The notes beneath the pieces were generated by a model that saw only the letters and a program-made list of their open reading frames with translations, was not told where the DNA came from and made no database searches. The translations under genes and the position numbers were made by a program. From the IMG/VR virus record IMGVR_UViG_3300024346_000003: a stretch of DNA of 64,000 nucleotides, one strand, 5' to 3'. The stretch comes from a virus (lineage: Duplodnaviria > Caudoviricetes). The first letter of the stretch is position 1; each line of letters opens with the position of its first letter. Of the stretch, positions 15,396 through 23,827 are shown piece after piece.

Positions 15396-17042
15396 TTATT
15401 CAGCAACTTTAGAATCAGCTTTTTTCTTTCTTAGATATTCTACAACATCTTTTGTTTGTGTTGATGCACCAGCAGCTGTATCAAATAAACCACCTGGTGC
15501 TGTTGCTCTTACCAGTACTCGGCTATATTTTGCAAACCAATCGTTTTCATTTTCAGCTTCCATAAATGATTTTTCTAATTCTTGACCTTCTGGAGTTTGT
15601 AATCCTTTTTCTATACCTCTATCAAATCCACCAATACCGCTTCCAACTTTTCTAAAAAAATCACCAACTTTACCTTCTTCCATTGTTCCATCATCAGCTA
15701 AATCAGAAAATACTTCATCGAATCTATCCATTTGAGGCATTTCACCCATTTCAGCCATAGGTGCAGCTGATTGATTATCTTGTAGTTCTTTATCAACTAA
15801 GGCAACCATTCTATCCATTAATGTTTTGAATTGACCAGATGATTGATTACCAGCTTGTGCTAAAAAGTCACTAATCTTAGTAATTAATGAATCAAAAACC
15901 ATTTTTTCACCTGTACCCATTTTTGATACATCTTGTTTAAGAATTGACATCATGTCACCTTTAATTTTTGCTTGGTTTACTGGTGCTGCCGCATCCATAG
16001 TACCTGTAGCATCCATTTCGTACATAGCTTCATCTTTTCTAAGTGCATCCATATCTTCTGGTTCAAATGGTGTACCATCTTGGTCACCTTTATCGAATGC
16101 ATCTAATTGTTTAGGTGACCAATCACCCATACCTTCAGATAATAAAGTTTTTGTTTTGTCCCAGATTTTGCTGAAATTTTTATCTTCAGCTAATCTTTCA
16201 GCACCTTTTAAGTTTCCAAAAGTTTCTTTAGAATTATAACCCATTAGGTGTTTCATTTTTTGAACGTCTTCGTTAACTAATGTGGCATCAGATGCTATTA
16301 ATACAACTCCCTTACCTTCGTTTAATGAACCTTCCCATCTTACCTTATATGATTCATTACCATCACTCATTTCAAATACCTTGTTATCAACTTTATAGTT
16401 TTCAGGTATTAAATTTAATGCATTATTAACGCCATTGAAAGGTTTCTTAAATTTAAGTCTTTTCATTTTTTCAGATTCTTTTATTGTTTCTTTATTATTT
16501 TTTGTATTTTCCATTGCGTATGCTTTATGAGATTTATCTGTAACAACTTCCCAGTCATCACCAAACATTTTAGTAGTTGGTGTATCGTCACTTCTTCTTT
16601 TAGCTGACGCTTTGATTGCTTTAACTAATTTTTTACCGAATTCTGGGTCACCACCTTGACCAGCAGCCACAACATTAGCCCACTCTGGGTTATTACCCAT
16701 TCTTGTTGAACCTTCGATTGCCTCTTCAGCTCTTTTTGTATATTCTTCACTAGGTGTTCTATCGTACTGAATCATTTCCTGACCATTCATGATTTCCATT
16801 TCCTGGTGGTATTCTTCTTCAGAATCGTCTGTATAATTAAATTTTACGGGTTTAATAGCGTCTTTCGTTGCTTTTTTAGATTCCTTATCATAATTAGATA
16901 ATTCAGTCCCCATATCTTTAATAGCTTTTTTATTTTCTTTACCACTATCAGCTTTAGCCTTATTTGTAACATCAAGGCCAGGTACCTTCGCTTCGTTAAC
17001 GAAAGTCTGATTAAGTAAATCTTTTATATTATTCTTATCCAT
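15396..17042 (-). CDS. Putative internal head/core protein
   Basis: 548-aa acidic, low-complexity protein with many (L/I/V)xE sites; ATATTTAT at 17056-17063. Confidence 0.55.
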   Translation of the reverse strand: MDKNNIKDLLNQTFVNEAKVPGLDVTNKAKADSGKENKKAIKDMGTELSNYDKESKKATKDAIKPVKFNYTDDSEEEYHQEMEIMNGQEMIQYDRTPSEEYTKRAEEAIEGSTRMGNNPEWANVVAAGQGGDPEFGKKLVKAIKASAKRRSDDTPTTKMFGDDWEVVTDKSHKAYAMENTKNNKETIKESEKMKRLKFKKPFNGVNNALNLIPENYKVDNKVFEMSDGNESYKVRWEGSLNEGKGVVLIASDATLVNEDVQKMKHLMGYNSKETFGNLKGAERLAEDKNFSKIWDKTKTLLSEGMGDWSPKQLDAFDKGDQDGTPFEPEDMDALRKDEAMYEMDATGTMDAAAPVNQAKIKGDMMSILKQDVSKMGTGEKMVFDSLITKISDFLAQAGNQSSGQFKTLMDRMVALVDKELQDNQSAAPMAEMGEMPQMDRFDEVFSDLADDGTMEEGKVGDFFRKVGSGIGGFDRGIEKGLQTPEGQELEKSFMEAENENDWFAKYSRVLVRATAPGGLFDTAAGASTQTKDVVEYLRKKKADSKVAE

Positions 17043-17085
17043 AATATCTTTTTATATAAATATGTAATTAATTCAAAAAAAACGA

Positions 17086-18873
17086 TTATTCACCTTGTTT
17101 TTTACCCAAACTAGGAGCGTTAACATTACTTTTGGTTTTTCTTAATTTCACAACATTATCTGATGCGCCAGTTGAACAACCACCATTCTGTGCTTCTTTA
17201 TTATTATTTAATTTAGTACAGTCATCGAATTCCACAAATTCACCACCAGCCCATTGTGTTTTATCAGTTGCTGATTCACCTACAATTGTACCGCCTGGCC
17301 AAATTGGTGTTTCCTTTTTCATACTTACAGGTGCTTTACCTTTTTTACCAGAAGTACCCATTGATTTTTGTTTACGACTAGCTAGTTCATTGTTGATAGA
17401 TGCAATCTCAGATTCATTACCTTGATATCTAGAAAGATTTATTTTCATATCTGTTAAGGCATCGTTAGAATATTCTGAAAAGTTTGAATCAGTTTCTTCT
17501 TCTACACTTTTCTTTAAAGTGTCTAATGCTTCATATATTTTATTTTGTGCTGGGTTGTGGTTAATATTTAACATGTCAGCAATCATTGATAATTTTTCAC
17601 CACTAGTATATATATCACTAAAGTATATTTTTTCAATAGTATCTAATTCAGCCATTGAGTTATTTACCACGTCCCAAAACATATCAGTAGTAATACCTAA
17701 TTCATCAGCAATTTCATCGTAAATATCACCACCATTCTCTCTAAGTTTACCAACTGGGTATCCACCACCTTGATTAGAAAATACTGCACCAGAACCACCC
17801 ATAGACGTTGTTTCATCAACCTCTACTTCGTCTAGACCTGATGTCATACCTTGACCTCTTTCTGCATCCATCCAAGATTGTTTAGCAGCGTTACCAGTTT
17901 CTTTCCAGTCTAAGAATTTTTCATTAGCTATATCAGCTCTACCGAATCTACCAGGTGTTAAATTAATAAAGATAGGGTCTTCACCGTACAAGCTTTTAAA
18001 TCTAGATATGTATCCAGCAAAATTGTGAACCATTTTAGGTCCTTGCACTTGGTGGTCAATAAAATCTTCTTTTGAGAACATTATTAAGCTAGCGTCAGCA
18101 GTATCTAAACTTGGTAATTTTGGTTCCATTCTAACGGTATAATCGCCCATTTCACGTCTGGTGTCTGGTAAACTTTTAAATGGTTCGTAGTTTAAAATAT
18201 CTAAACCTACAACACCATTTTGATTATTAACATCTTCATCACCTTCTTCTTTAATCGGCATCTCACCAGTTTCACCTCTTCTTTGTAATTCTAACGCTCT
18301 TCTTCTTTTAATTTCATTATGTTTTTCTTCGTCAGAGAATTGGTTGGTAGGTTCTTGTGTTAGTTGTTGTTTTAATGATTGTGTAATACGGTCATATTCA
18401 TTTTCCATATGTTCCATAGCCATATATGGGCTACCACATTCATGTAGTTTATTTAAACCACTACTGATAACATCTTTAGCTGTATTTTTATCACCATCAA
18501 ATTTAGTTTTAGATAGCTTTCTATTTTCAACATAACCACATGCTTCCATTAATTTAATTAATTTTTCATATAGATTATTACCAGATTCATTTAAACCATA
18601 TAGTTCATTAACAAATTCTTTCCATAACCCTTCAGATTCCTTAAATACACCTTTAATCTTAGTTTCAGAATTAACATTTTGTCTATAATCTTTACCAGCT
18701 TTTGTATCTACCTTACTTATTGAGTTGGCTATTTGTGGTATTACAGCACCTTCACCTAAACCTTCATGCTTTAATATAGCATTATATTGCGCTTCGGTAA
18801 TTCTTAATACTTTAGGTTTGTTTAAATTTTCAAGCATTAAAGCTTGTTTTTGCGTTATTTTAATTTTAGCCAT
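17086..18873 (-). CDS. Putative internal head/core protein
   Basis: 595 aa; repeated KITQKQ/RITEAQ N-terminal helices; many LxE sites. Confidence 0.55.
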   Translation of the reverse strand: MAKIKITQKQALMLENLNKPKVLRITEAQYNAILKHEGLGEGAVIPQIANSISKVDTKAGKDYRQNVNSETKIKGVFKESEGLWKEFVNELYGLNESGNNLYEKLIKLMEACGYVENRKLSKTKFDGDKNTAKDVISSGLNKLHECGSPYMAMEHMENEYDRITQSLKQQLTQEPTNQFSDEEKHNEIKRRRALELQRRGETGEMPIKEEGDEDVNNQNGVVGLDILNYEPFKSLPDTRREMGDYTVRMEPKLPSLDTADASLIMFSKEDFIDHQVQGPKMVHNFAGYISRFKSLYGEDPIFINLTPGRFGRADIANEKFLDWKETGNAAKQSWMDAERGQGMTSGLDEVEVDETTSMGGSGAVFSNQGGGYPVGKLRENGGDIYDEIADELGITTDMFWDVVNNSMAELDTIEKIYFSDIYTSGEKLSMIADMLNINHNPAQNKIYEALDTLKKSVEEETDSNFSEYSNDALTDMKINLSRYQGNESEIASINNELASRKQKSMGTSGKKGKAPVSMKKETPIWPGGTIVGESATDKTQWAGGEFVEFDDCTKLNNNKEAQNGGCSTGASDNVVKLRKTKSNVNAPSLGKKQGE

Positions 18874-18875
18874 GG

Positions 18876-19130
18876 TTATGAACTTTTATTTTTTAAATCA
18901 TTTCTCCAGAAACCTCTTCTAGTCCATAGAGTTTTATATAATTGAGTAAGGACATTTTTAGTTATTTCAACTATCTTATCTTCCAAATCTTTATCATCTT
19001 TTAATTTATCTTTGATGATTTTCTCAATTTTATTTTTAAAGGTTGCAGAATCAATAAACGCAGTGATTTCTTTAGTAACATCTTTTTTACCAAATTCCTC
19101 ATTTAATTTTTGCTTTATTATGTTCTTCAT
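18876..19130 (-). CDS. Hypothetical protein with IIKQKLNE leader
   Basis: ORF track; ATATTTAT at 19144-19151. Confidence 0.7.
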   Translation of the reverse strand: MKNIIKQKLNEEFGKKDVTKEITAFIDSATFKNKIEKIIKDKLKDDKDLEDKIVEITKNVLTQLYKTLWTRRGFWRNDLKNKSS

Positions 19131-19163
19131 TTTGTTTTTAATAATAAATATTTGATTAATAAT

Positions 19164-19188
19164 AAAAAAACCCCTTAATAGGGGTTTT
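19164..19188 (-). terminator. Intrinsic terminator
   Basis: AAAACCCC-N6-GGGGTTTT with extended T tract on the minus strand. Confidence 0.75.
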
Positions 19189-19208
19189 AATAAATTATTT
19201 TAATTAAA

Positions 19209-19673
19209 TTATTTCAATAATACTAATGCGGTAACAACTGGAAGTATAATCGCACTACTAAATCCGACTATTTTTAACACCTTTTGTTTCCTAATCTCTT
19301 TTTTTTGTTGTTTTATAATCATATCTTTATAACTAATTTCAGTATCTTTATTTTTAATAATTTCTTCTAAATTAGCTATTCGCATTTCTTGATTTTCTGA
19401 TTTCTCAGTTAATTTAATAATTGCTTCTTTCTGTAAAATGATTATTTTACTTTTTTCATTATCTTTAGCTTCATATTCTTTAACTAAGCTATCCGCTATT
19501 TGATAATTTAATATGTCAGTTAAAATACTTTTAGCGTCATCTAATCTCATTGCGATTAGTGTGTCGCCAGTTTCATTTACGAACGCCTTTACCTGACCTT
19601 TTTTTAATGTAATTTGTGAATTCGCTGGCAACGTCATCAGCATTAAGAACATTAACCCTATTAGATGTTTCAT
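19209..19673 (-). CDS. Secreted coiled-coil protein with C-terminal membrane anchor
   Basis: Signal peptide MKHLIG...ANS, coiled coil, hydrophobic C-terminus. Confidence 0.7.
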   Translation of the reverse strand: MKHLIGLMFLMLMTLPANSQITLKKGQVKAFVNETGDTLIAMRLDDAKSILTDILNYQIADSLVKEYEAKDNEKSKIIILQKEAIIKLTEKSENQEMRIANLEEIIKNKDTEISYKDMIIKQQKKEIRKQKVLKIVGFSSAIILPVVTALVLLK

Positions 19674-19956
19674 TTTGTTTATTTTTTAAATCATTTATTC
19701 TGTTATCATATTGTACAATCAATTTTTCAGTTATTCTAATTATACCATATATTTTTTCCAATTCTTTATCAATCTTTTGGTTTACTATCTTTAAACTATC
19801 ATTACTATGTAGTAACTCTTTATTTTTTTGATGTAAAACTTTAATCTCACCTTTATAAGTTTGTATTTTTTTATTCGGTTGGAATATCGTAAATATGACC
19901 AATAAAGATGCTAATATTATTATAATAATTGATTTTGTGTCTAAAGTTTTAAGCAT
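19573..19956 (-). CDS. N-terminally anchored coiled-coil protein (i-spanin-like topology)
   Basis: TM segment IIIIILASLLVIFTIF then heptads; overlaps the next gene by about 100 nt. Confidence 0.65.
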   Translation of the reverse strand: MLKTLDTKSIIIIILASLLVIFTIFQPNKKIQTYKGEIKVLHQKNKELLHSNDSLKIVNQKIDKELEKIYGIIRITEKLIVQYDNRINDLKNKQNETSNRVNVLNADDVASEFTNYIKKRSGKGVRK

Positions 19957-20470
19957 TTCTAACGTTTGTAAAATTTTCAGTGTTCAACTTAGTTGACCAA
20001 TCTTTATACCAGTTTTGGTAGTACTTATACAAAGCACTTAATGTTTTCATTACATTTTCATCTAATTTAATGTCAGAACTTTGAGCCCCTTCTGGTGCTG
20101 TAGTAATAACTAAACCTAAACTAGCGTTTTTATTCATTGAGAACCCAATATCGTAAGCATCTAAAATTCCAGTCATTTTAACATCACCTTCATTTGCGCC
20201 AGATTTTGGTGTAATTGAAAAGCTAGTAAATCTAACATCGGATGATACAGTTTGCATAAACGATTCTTTATCAGCTTTCCAAAATCCAGAAATACTACCC
20301 TCAACATTTTGTTCTTCACCATTTTTAAGGATAATGATTTCTTGTGGTGCTTGTTCGTTATTCATACCCATAGATTGCTCTGCTTGATTTGGTTCAACAG
20401 ATTCTCTAACTAATTTAACTGACCTCATTGTGTCAATCATTGATTTAGTCATGTCGTGTTCATTTATCAT
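19949..20470 (-). CDS. Hypothetical protein
   Basis: ORF track. Confidence 0.75.
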   Translation of the reverse strand: MINEHDMTKSMIDTMRSVKLVRESVEPNQAEQSMGMNNEQAPQEIIILKNGEEQNVEGSISGFWKADKESFMQTVSSDVRFTSFSITPKSGANEGDVKMTGILDAYDIGFSMNKNASLGLVITTAPEGAQSSDIKLDENVMKTLSALYKYYQNWYKDWSTKLNTENFTNVRNA

Positions 20471-20476
20471 TTCTAT

Positions 20477-21085
20477 CTAATTTTCTATTTGTTCTTTAAT
20501 ACCAGCAAAATCCCAAGATGGGTTAACATCTGTAAAGTAAGTATTTAAATTACTCTTATATAAAATACCCTCATATGAATACCCATTACTTATTTTAGTA
20601 TTATGGTGTATGACATTTTTAGGTATTTCAAAATCATTACACAATTTATTAATTAAATAAACTGTGGAATCTAGTTGTTTTTGACTATATGGTGACCAAT
20701 ATTTATTATGTCGCCATTTTTTAACAAAAACCTCGTCAATTCTATTATAAATATTACCAACATAGGTAATGTATCGATTTTCATCATTTAAATCTTTAAT
20801 TAACCAACCTTCGTTTTCTAATAATATTGTAATTGTTGATTCATCAAAATCTTTTTTATCAATTATTTCTGAACTGTATTTTGGGTTGAAGTGTTCGTAT
20901 ATTTTACCATCTATAGCAATAGTATACATCGATGTTTTTTTATATTTACCATTATACCTATTTAACCAACCATTGTAATGATTCATATCAATAGAAAAAG
21001 AATTGCCTATGACAATTCTTTTTTTAGTTGTTTCCACATTTAAATAGTGACTTTCTTCTAGTTTATATGTTTCTTTATCAATCAT
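20477..21085 (-). CDS. N-acetylmuramoyl-L-alanine amidase-like (Amidase_2) protein, possibly degenerate
   Basis: YTIAIDGKIYEH, SITILLENEG, KQLDSTVYLINKLC..FEIP, IHH, DVNPSWDF. Confidence 0.65.
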   Translation of the reverse strand: MIDKETYKLEESHYLNVETTKKRIVIGNSFSIDMNHYNGWLNRYNGKYKKTSMYTIAIDGKIYEHFNPKYSSEIIDKKDFDESTITILLENEGWLIKDLNDENRYITYVGNIYNRIDEVFVKKWRHNKYWSPYSQKQLDSTVYLINKLCNDFEIPKNVIHHNTKISNGYSYEGILYKSNLNTYFTDVNPSWDFAGIKEQIEN

Positions 21086-22242
21086 AAATGTTTCTTTTTA
21101 AAGAAAACCTTACCTGGTTCATTGTCCCTAACCTCTTTATTAGAACCTATTCTTTCAACACTATTATTTGATTTTCTATCTGGGATATTAACACTAAACC
21201 CTCGGTTGTTTCTTTCTGGTAAATCTTCAACCGTTATTGTTCTTTCTTGTGGTTTAGGTTCTTCAACTATATCCATAGCTGATAAAATACCAGTTCCATC
21301 TGGTGGTGACATAGATTGGATTGCTAATAGTTCGTCTAGCATTTCAAATTCTTCTTCATTTACTCCCTCACTTGCTCCTTCATTTACTCCCTCACTTGCT
21401 CCCTCATTTACAGCATTACTTACAGCATCATTTACAACATCACTTACAGCATCATCTTTACCATTAATAATTTTATTAAATATGATAATCATTAGAATTG
21501 CCATTGGGTCACCGATAACGATTAATAATAGTATAAACCATTTCATTACATTATCCATTGATGAACCAGTAACATCAGCTAAGTATTTTAATGGGCCTAA
21601 TTCACTAGACATTGCAGCATTGGTTTCAAGTTCAACCTTTGATTCAGATAAAACGTTAATAACTGAATCAGCTGAATTTAAATCATTAGTTAATCTAATC
21701 TCAGTATCGGTAGCAATCTTTAATTGACTCTCAAATGCCTTTCTATTACCAGTTGATGAGCTTGTTATAACGGTTCCACTTCTATCAACTCTAGTCTGAG
21801 TATTATTACCCAATGCTGTTCTTAACTGAGAAACACTTTTTTGTGTTTGAACTAATTGTGAATTGATTGATTCCCTAGATTGTTCTTTTAATTTAATTTT
21901 GGTATCAATTAACGTAATTTCCCTATCAACACCATCTGATTTTGCTGAATTCTTTTGGTATCCTGAACTTAAGAACCCATAAACACCCATAGATGTTATA
22001 ATCATTGCGATTATAATACCTAATGATAACAAACCATTGTATACCCAACCTATTTTCTTACCATAGGTGTGTATTGCTGATGTTGCAATTATTTTAGATA
22101 TCTCAATCGCTGAAAAGAATAATAATCCTAAAAATCCAGCACCACTGAATACTGTTAGTAACCCACTTATTGATACGTAGGCTACTGTGGCTGCTAATGT
22201 AACAGCCATTAATAAAATGAAATATAATAATACTTTCTTCAT
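21082..22242 (-). CDS. Multi-pass membrane protein with long coiled coil
   Basis: Three N-terminal TM helices, coiled coil, ELGPLKYL, C-terminal TM with GDP. Confidence 0.75.
   Translation of the reverse strand: MKKVLLYFILLMAVTLAATVAYVSISGLLTVFSGAGFLGLLFFSAIEISKIIATSAIHTYGKKIGWVYNGLLSLGIIIAMIITSMGVYGFLSSGYQKNSAKSDGVDREITLIDTKIKLKEQSRESINSQLVQTQKSVSQLRTALGNNTQTRVDRSGTVITSSSTGNRKAFESQLKIATDTEIRLTNDLNSADSVINVLSESKVELETNAAMSSELGPLKYLADVTGSSMDNVMKWFILLLIVIGDPMAILMIIIFNKIINGKDDAVSDVVNDAVSNAVNEGASEGVNEGASEGVNEEEFEMLDELLAIQSMSPPDGTGILSAMDIVEEPKPQERTITVEDLPERNNRGFSVNIPDRKSNNSVERIGSNKEVRDNEPGKVFFKKKHL
21356..21451. repeat. Eight degenerate 12-nt tandem units (two near-perfect 24-mers), coding for xVND/EGxx repeats
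   Basis: tcatttactccc/tcacttgctcc(t/c)/tcatttacagca units. Confidence 0.8.
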
Positions 22243-22258
22243 ATTAATAAATATTCGG

Positions 22259-23101
22259 TTATTTGTTTAAGATATCATGTAAGTCACTTGAGTTAAATCT
22301 AAGTTTTCTTATTGCTCTTTCTTTAATTTGTCTAATTCTTTCTTTTGTTAATTTAAACTTCTCACCAATAGCTTCTAATGTCATAGGTTCGTAATCACTA
22401 TTTAAACCATAATAACAATCAATAATTACTCGTTCTCTTGCTGAGAGTATTGATAGAGTTTTCTCAAGTTCAAATTTAACAACTTCATCAACTTCGTAAA
22501 AGTTATCTTCAACAATATTTCCTGGGTTTTCAATTAACTCATATAATTCTGAACCATCTTCAGTTACAGTTTCATTTAATGATTTACAACTTGGTAACTC
22601 CATTTCTACAAATGTTTCAGAATCAGTATCTTCAAATAAGATATCGCCATATACTGGTTCTCTCTCATTTTCAAACTTAAACTTTTCGATTTCTTTTTTT
22701 AACGATGCTAGTTTATTGATAACATTAGACGGGAGTCTAATAATTCTCGCATTATCATTTAAACTTTGTATTATAGATTGTCTAATCCACCATACACCAT
22801 AAGATATAAATCTAAACCCTCTAGTGTGGTCAAATCTATTTGCAGCTTTAATTAAGCCGTAATTCCCTTCATTTATTAGGTCACTTAATGGTAGACCCTG
22901 ACCTTGATAGTCTTTTGCGATTGATATCACAAATTTTAAATTGGCGAATACTAATTCATCGATTGCCTTCGTATCACCTTCTTTTATTTTTTTTGCCAGT
23001 TCAACTTCTTGTTCTGGTGTTATAACTTTTGATTTCCTTACTTCTTTAAAGTATTTAGTTACAGTATCATTTCCACTTAAATTAATATAATTTTTGCTCA
23101 T
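22259..23101 (-). CDS. RNA polymerase sigma70-family factor (short Bacteroidota RpoD-like type)
   Basis: ANLKFVISIAK, DLINEGNYGLIKAA.RFD..RGFRFISYGVWWIRQSI (region 2); TLEAIG...LTKERIRQIKERA (region 4.2); no region 1.1. Confidence 0.92.
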   Translation of the reverse strand: MSKNYINLSGNDTVTKYFKEVRKSKVITPEQEVELAKKIKEGDTKAIDELVFANLKFVISIAKDYQGQGLPLSDLINEGNYGLIKAANRFDHTRGFRFISYGVWWIRQSIIQSLNDNARIIRLPSNVINKLASLKKEIEKFKFENEREPVYGDILFEDTDSETFVEMELPSCKSLNETVTEDGSELYELIENPGNIVEDNFYEVDEVVKFELEKTLSILSARERVIIDCYYGLNSDYEPMTLEAIGEKFKLTKERIRQIKERAIRKLRFNSSDLHDILNK

Positions 23102-23178
23102 TCATAATTAATAATCTTAATTGTTATCTGTCTAACGACATATAAATATAACGATTTTTTTTGTAAAAGTAAACAAAT

Positions 23179-23781
23179 TTATCGTAAATTCGATAATTTA
23201 TCTAACATTTTTTTATCTAAATCAGTAAGGTTTTCAACACCTTTATCGATAATTTTATTCACCATTTCATTAATATCCTTCTTACTCATATCTTCATCGA
23301 TGTTAAGTGAATATTCTTCTAATTCTGGGTGTTGATAAATTTCAAACCCTTTAGGTGTTATTGGTGAACCTAAATAAGGGTTATTCGAAATTATACTAGA
23401 TATATCAACATCTGGGGTTGATTCTTTAATACCATGAATATCCTTTAGAATATCATCCATTAACGTGTTTGATAGTTTTTCGAAATCTTTATTAGATTCA
23501 TTTGATTTTAAAAATCCAAATAAGTCATTCTCTTTCACCTTATCAATAAAATTAAAACCAGAGTTTTCTTCTTTTAAATCGAATAATAAAAAATTCCTAC
23601 CATAAGATTTAAAATACTCAGTTAATATGGGTGCTTCAACAATGCTGGTAAAGGTATATATAGAAATACCCTTACCCTTCATTGTTCTATGTGCTTCTTC
23701 ACAAATTTTACTTACTTCTTCATTTAAACCATCAGTTGGGTTGAAGAATACTGCGCAATAATGTTTAAAATTAATCGTCAT
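23179..23781 (-). CDS. Hypothetical protein with DUF6576-like C-terminal motif
   Basis: Ends MVNKIIDKGVENLTDLDKKMLD. Confidence 0.7.
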   Translation of the reverse strand: MTINFKHYCAVFFNPTDGLNEEVSKICEEAHRTMKGKGISIYTFTSIVEAPILTEYFKSYGRNFLLFDLKEENSGFNFIDKVKENDLFGFLKSNESNKDFEKLSNTLMDDILKDIHGIKESTPDVDISSIISNNPYLGSPITPKGFEIYQHPELEEYSLNIDEDMSKKDINEMVNKIIDKGVENLTDLDKKMLDKLSNLR

Positions 23782-23827
23782 ATCTATTATTTATAATGCA
23801 AATATAATAAAAAAAAGTGAATATAAC

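Noticed and set aside
21356-21451. Short tandem repeats as a CRISPR array or contingency locus
   Set aside because: In-frame 12-nt coding repeats with no unique spacers; no CRISPR array or cas gene seen in the window (the PD-(D/E)XK gene is a generic phage exonuclease).
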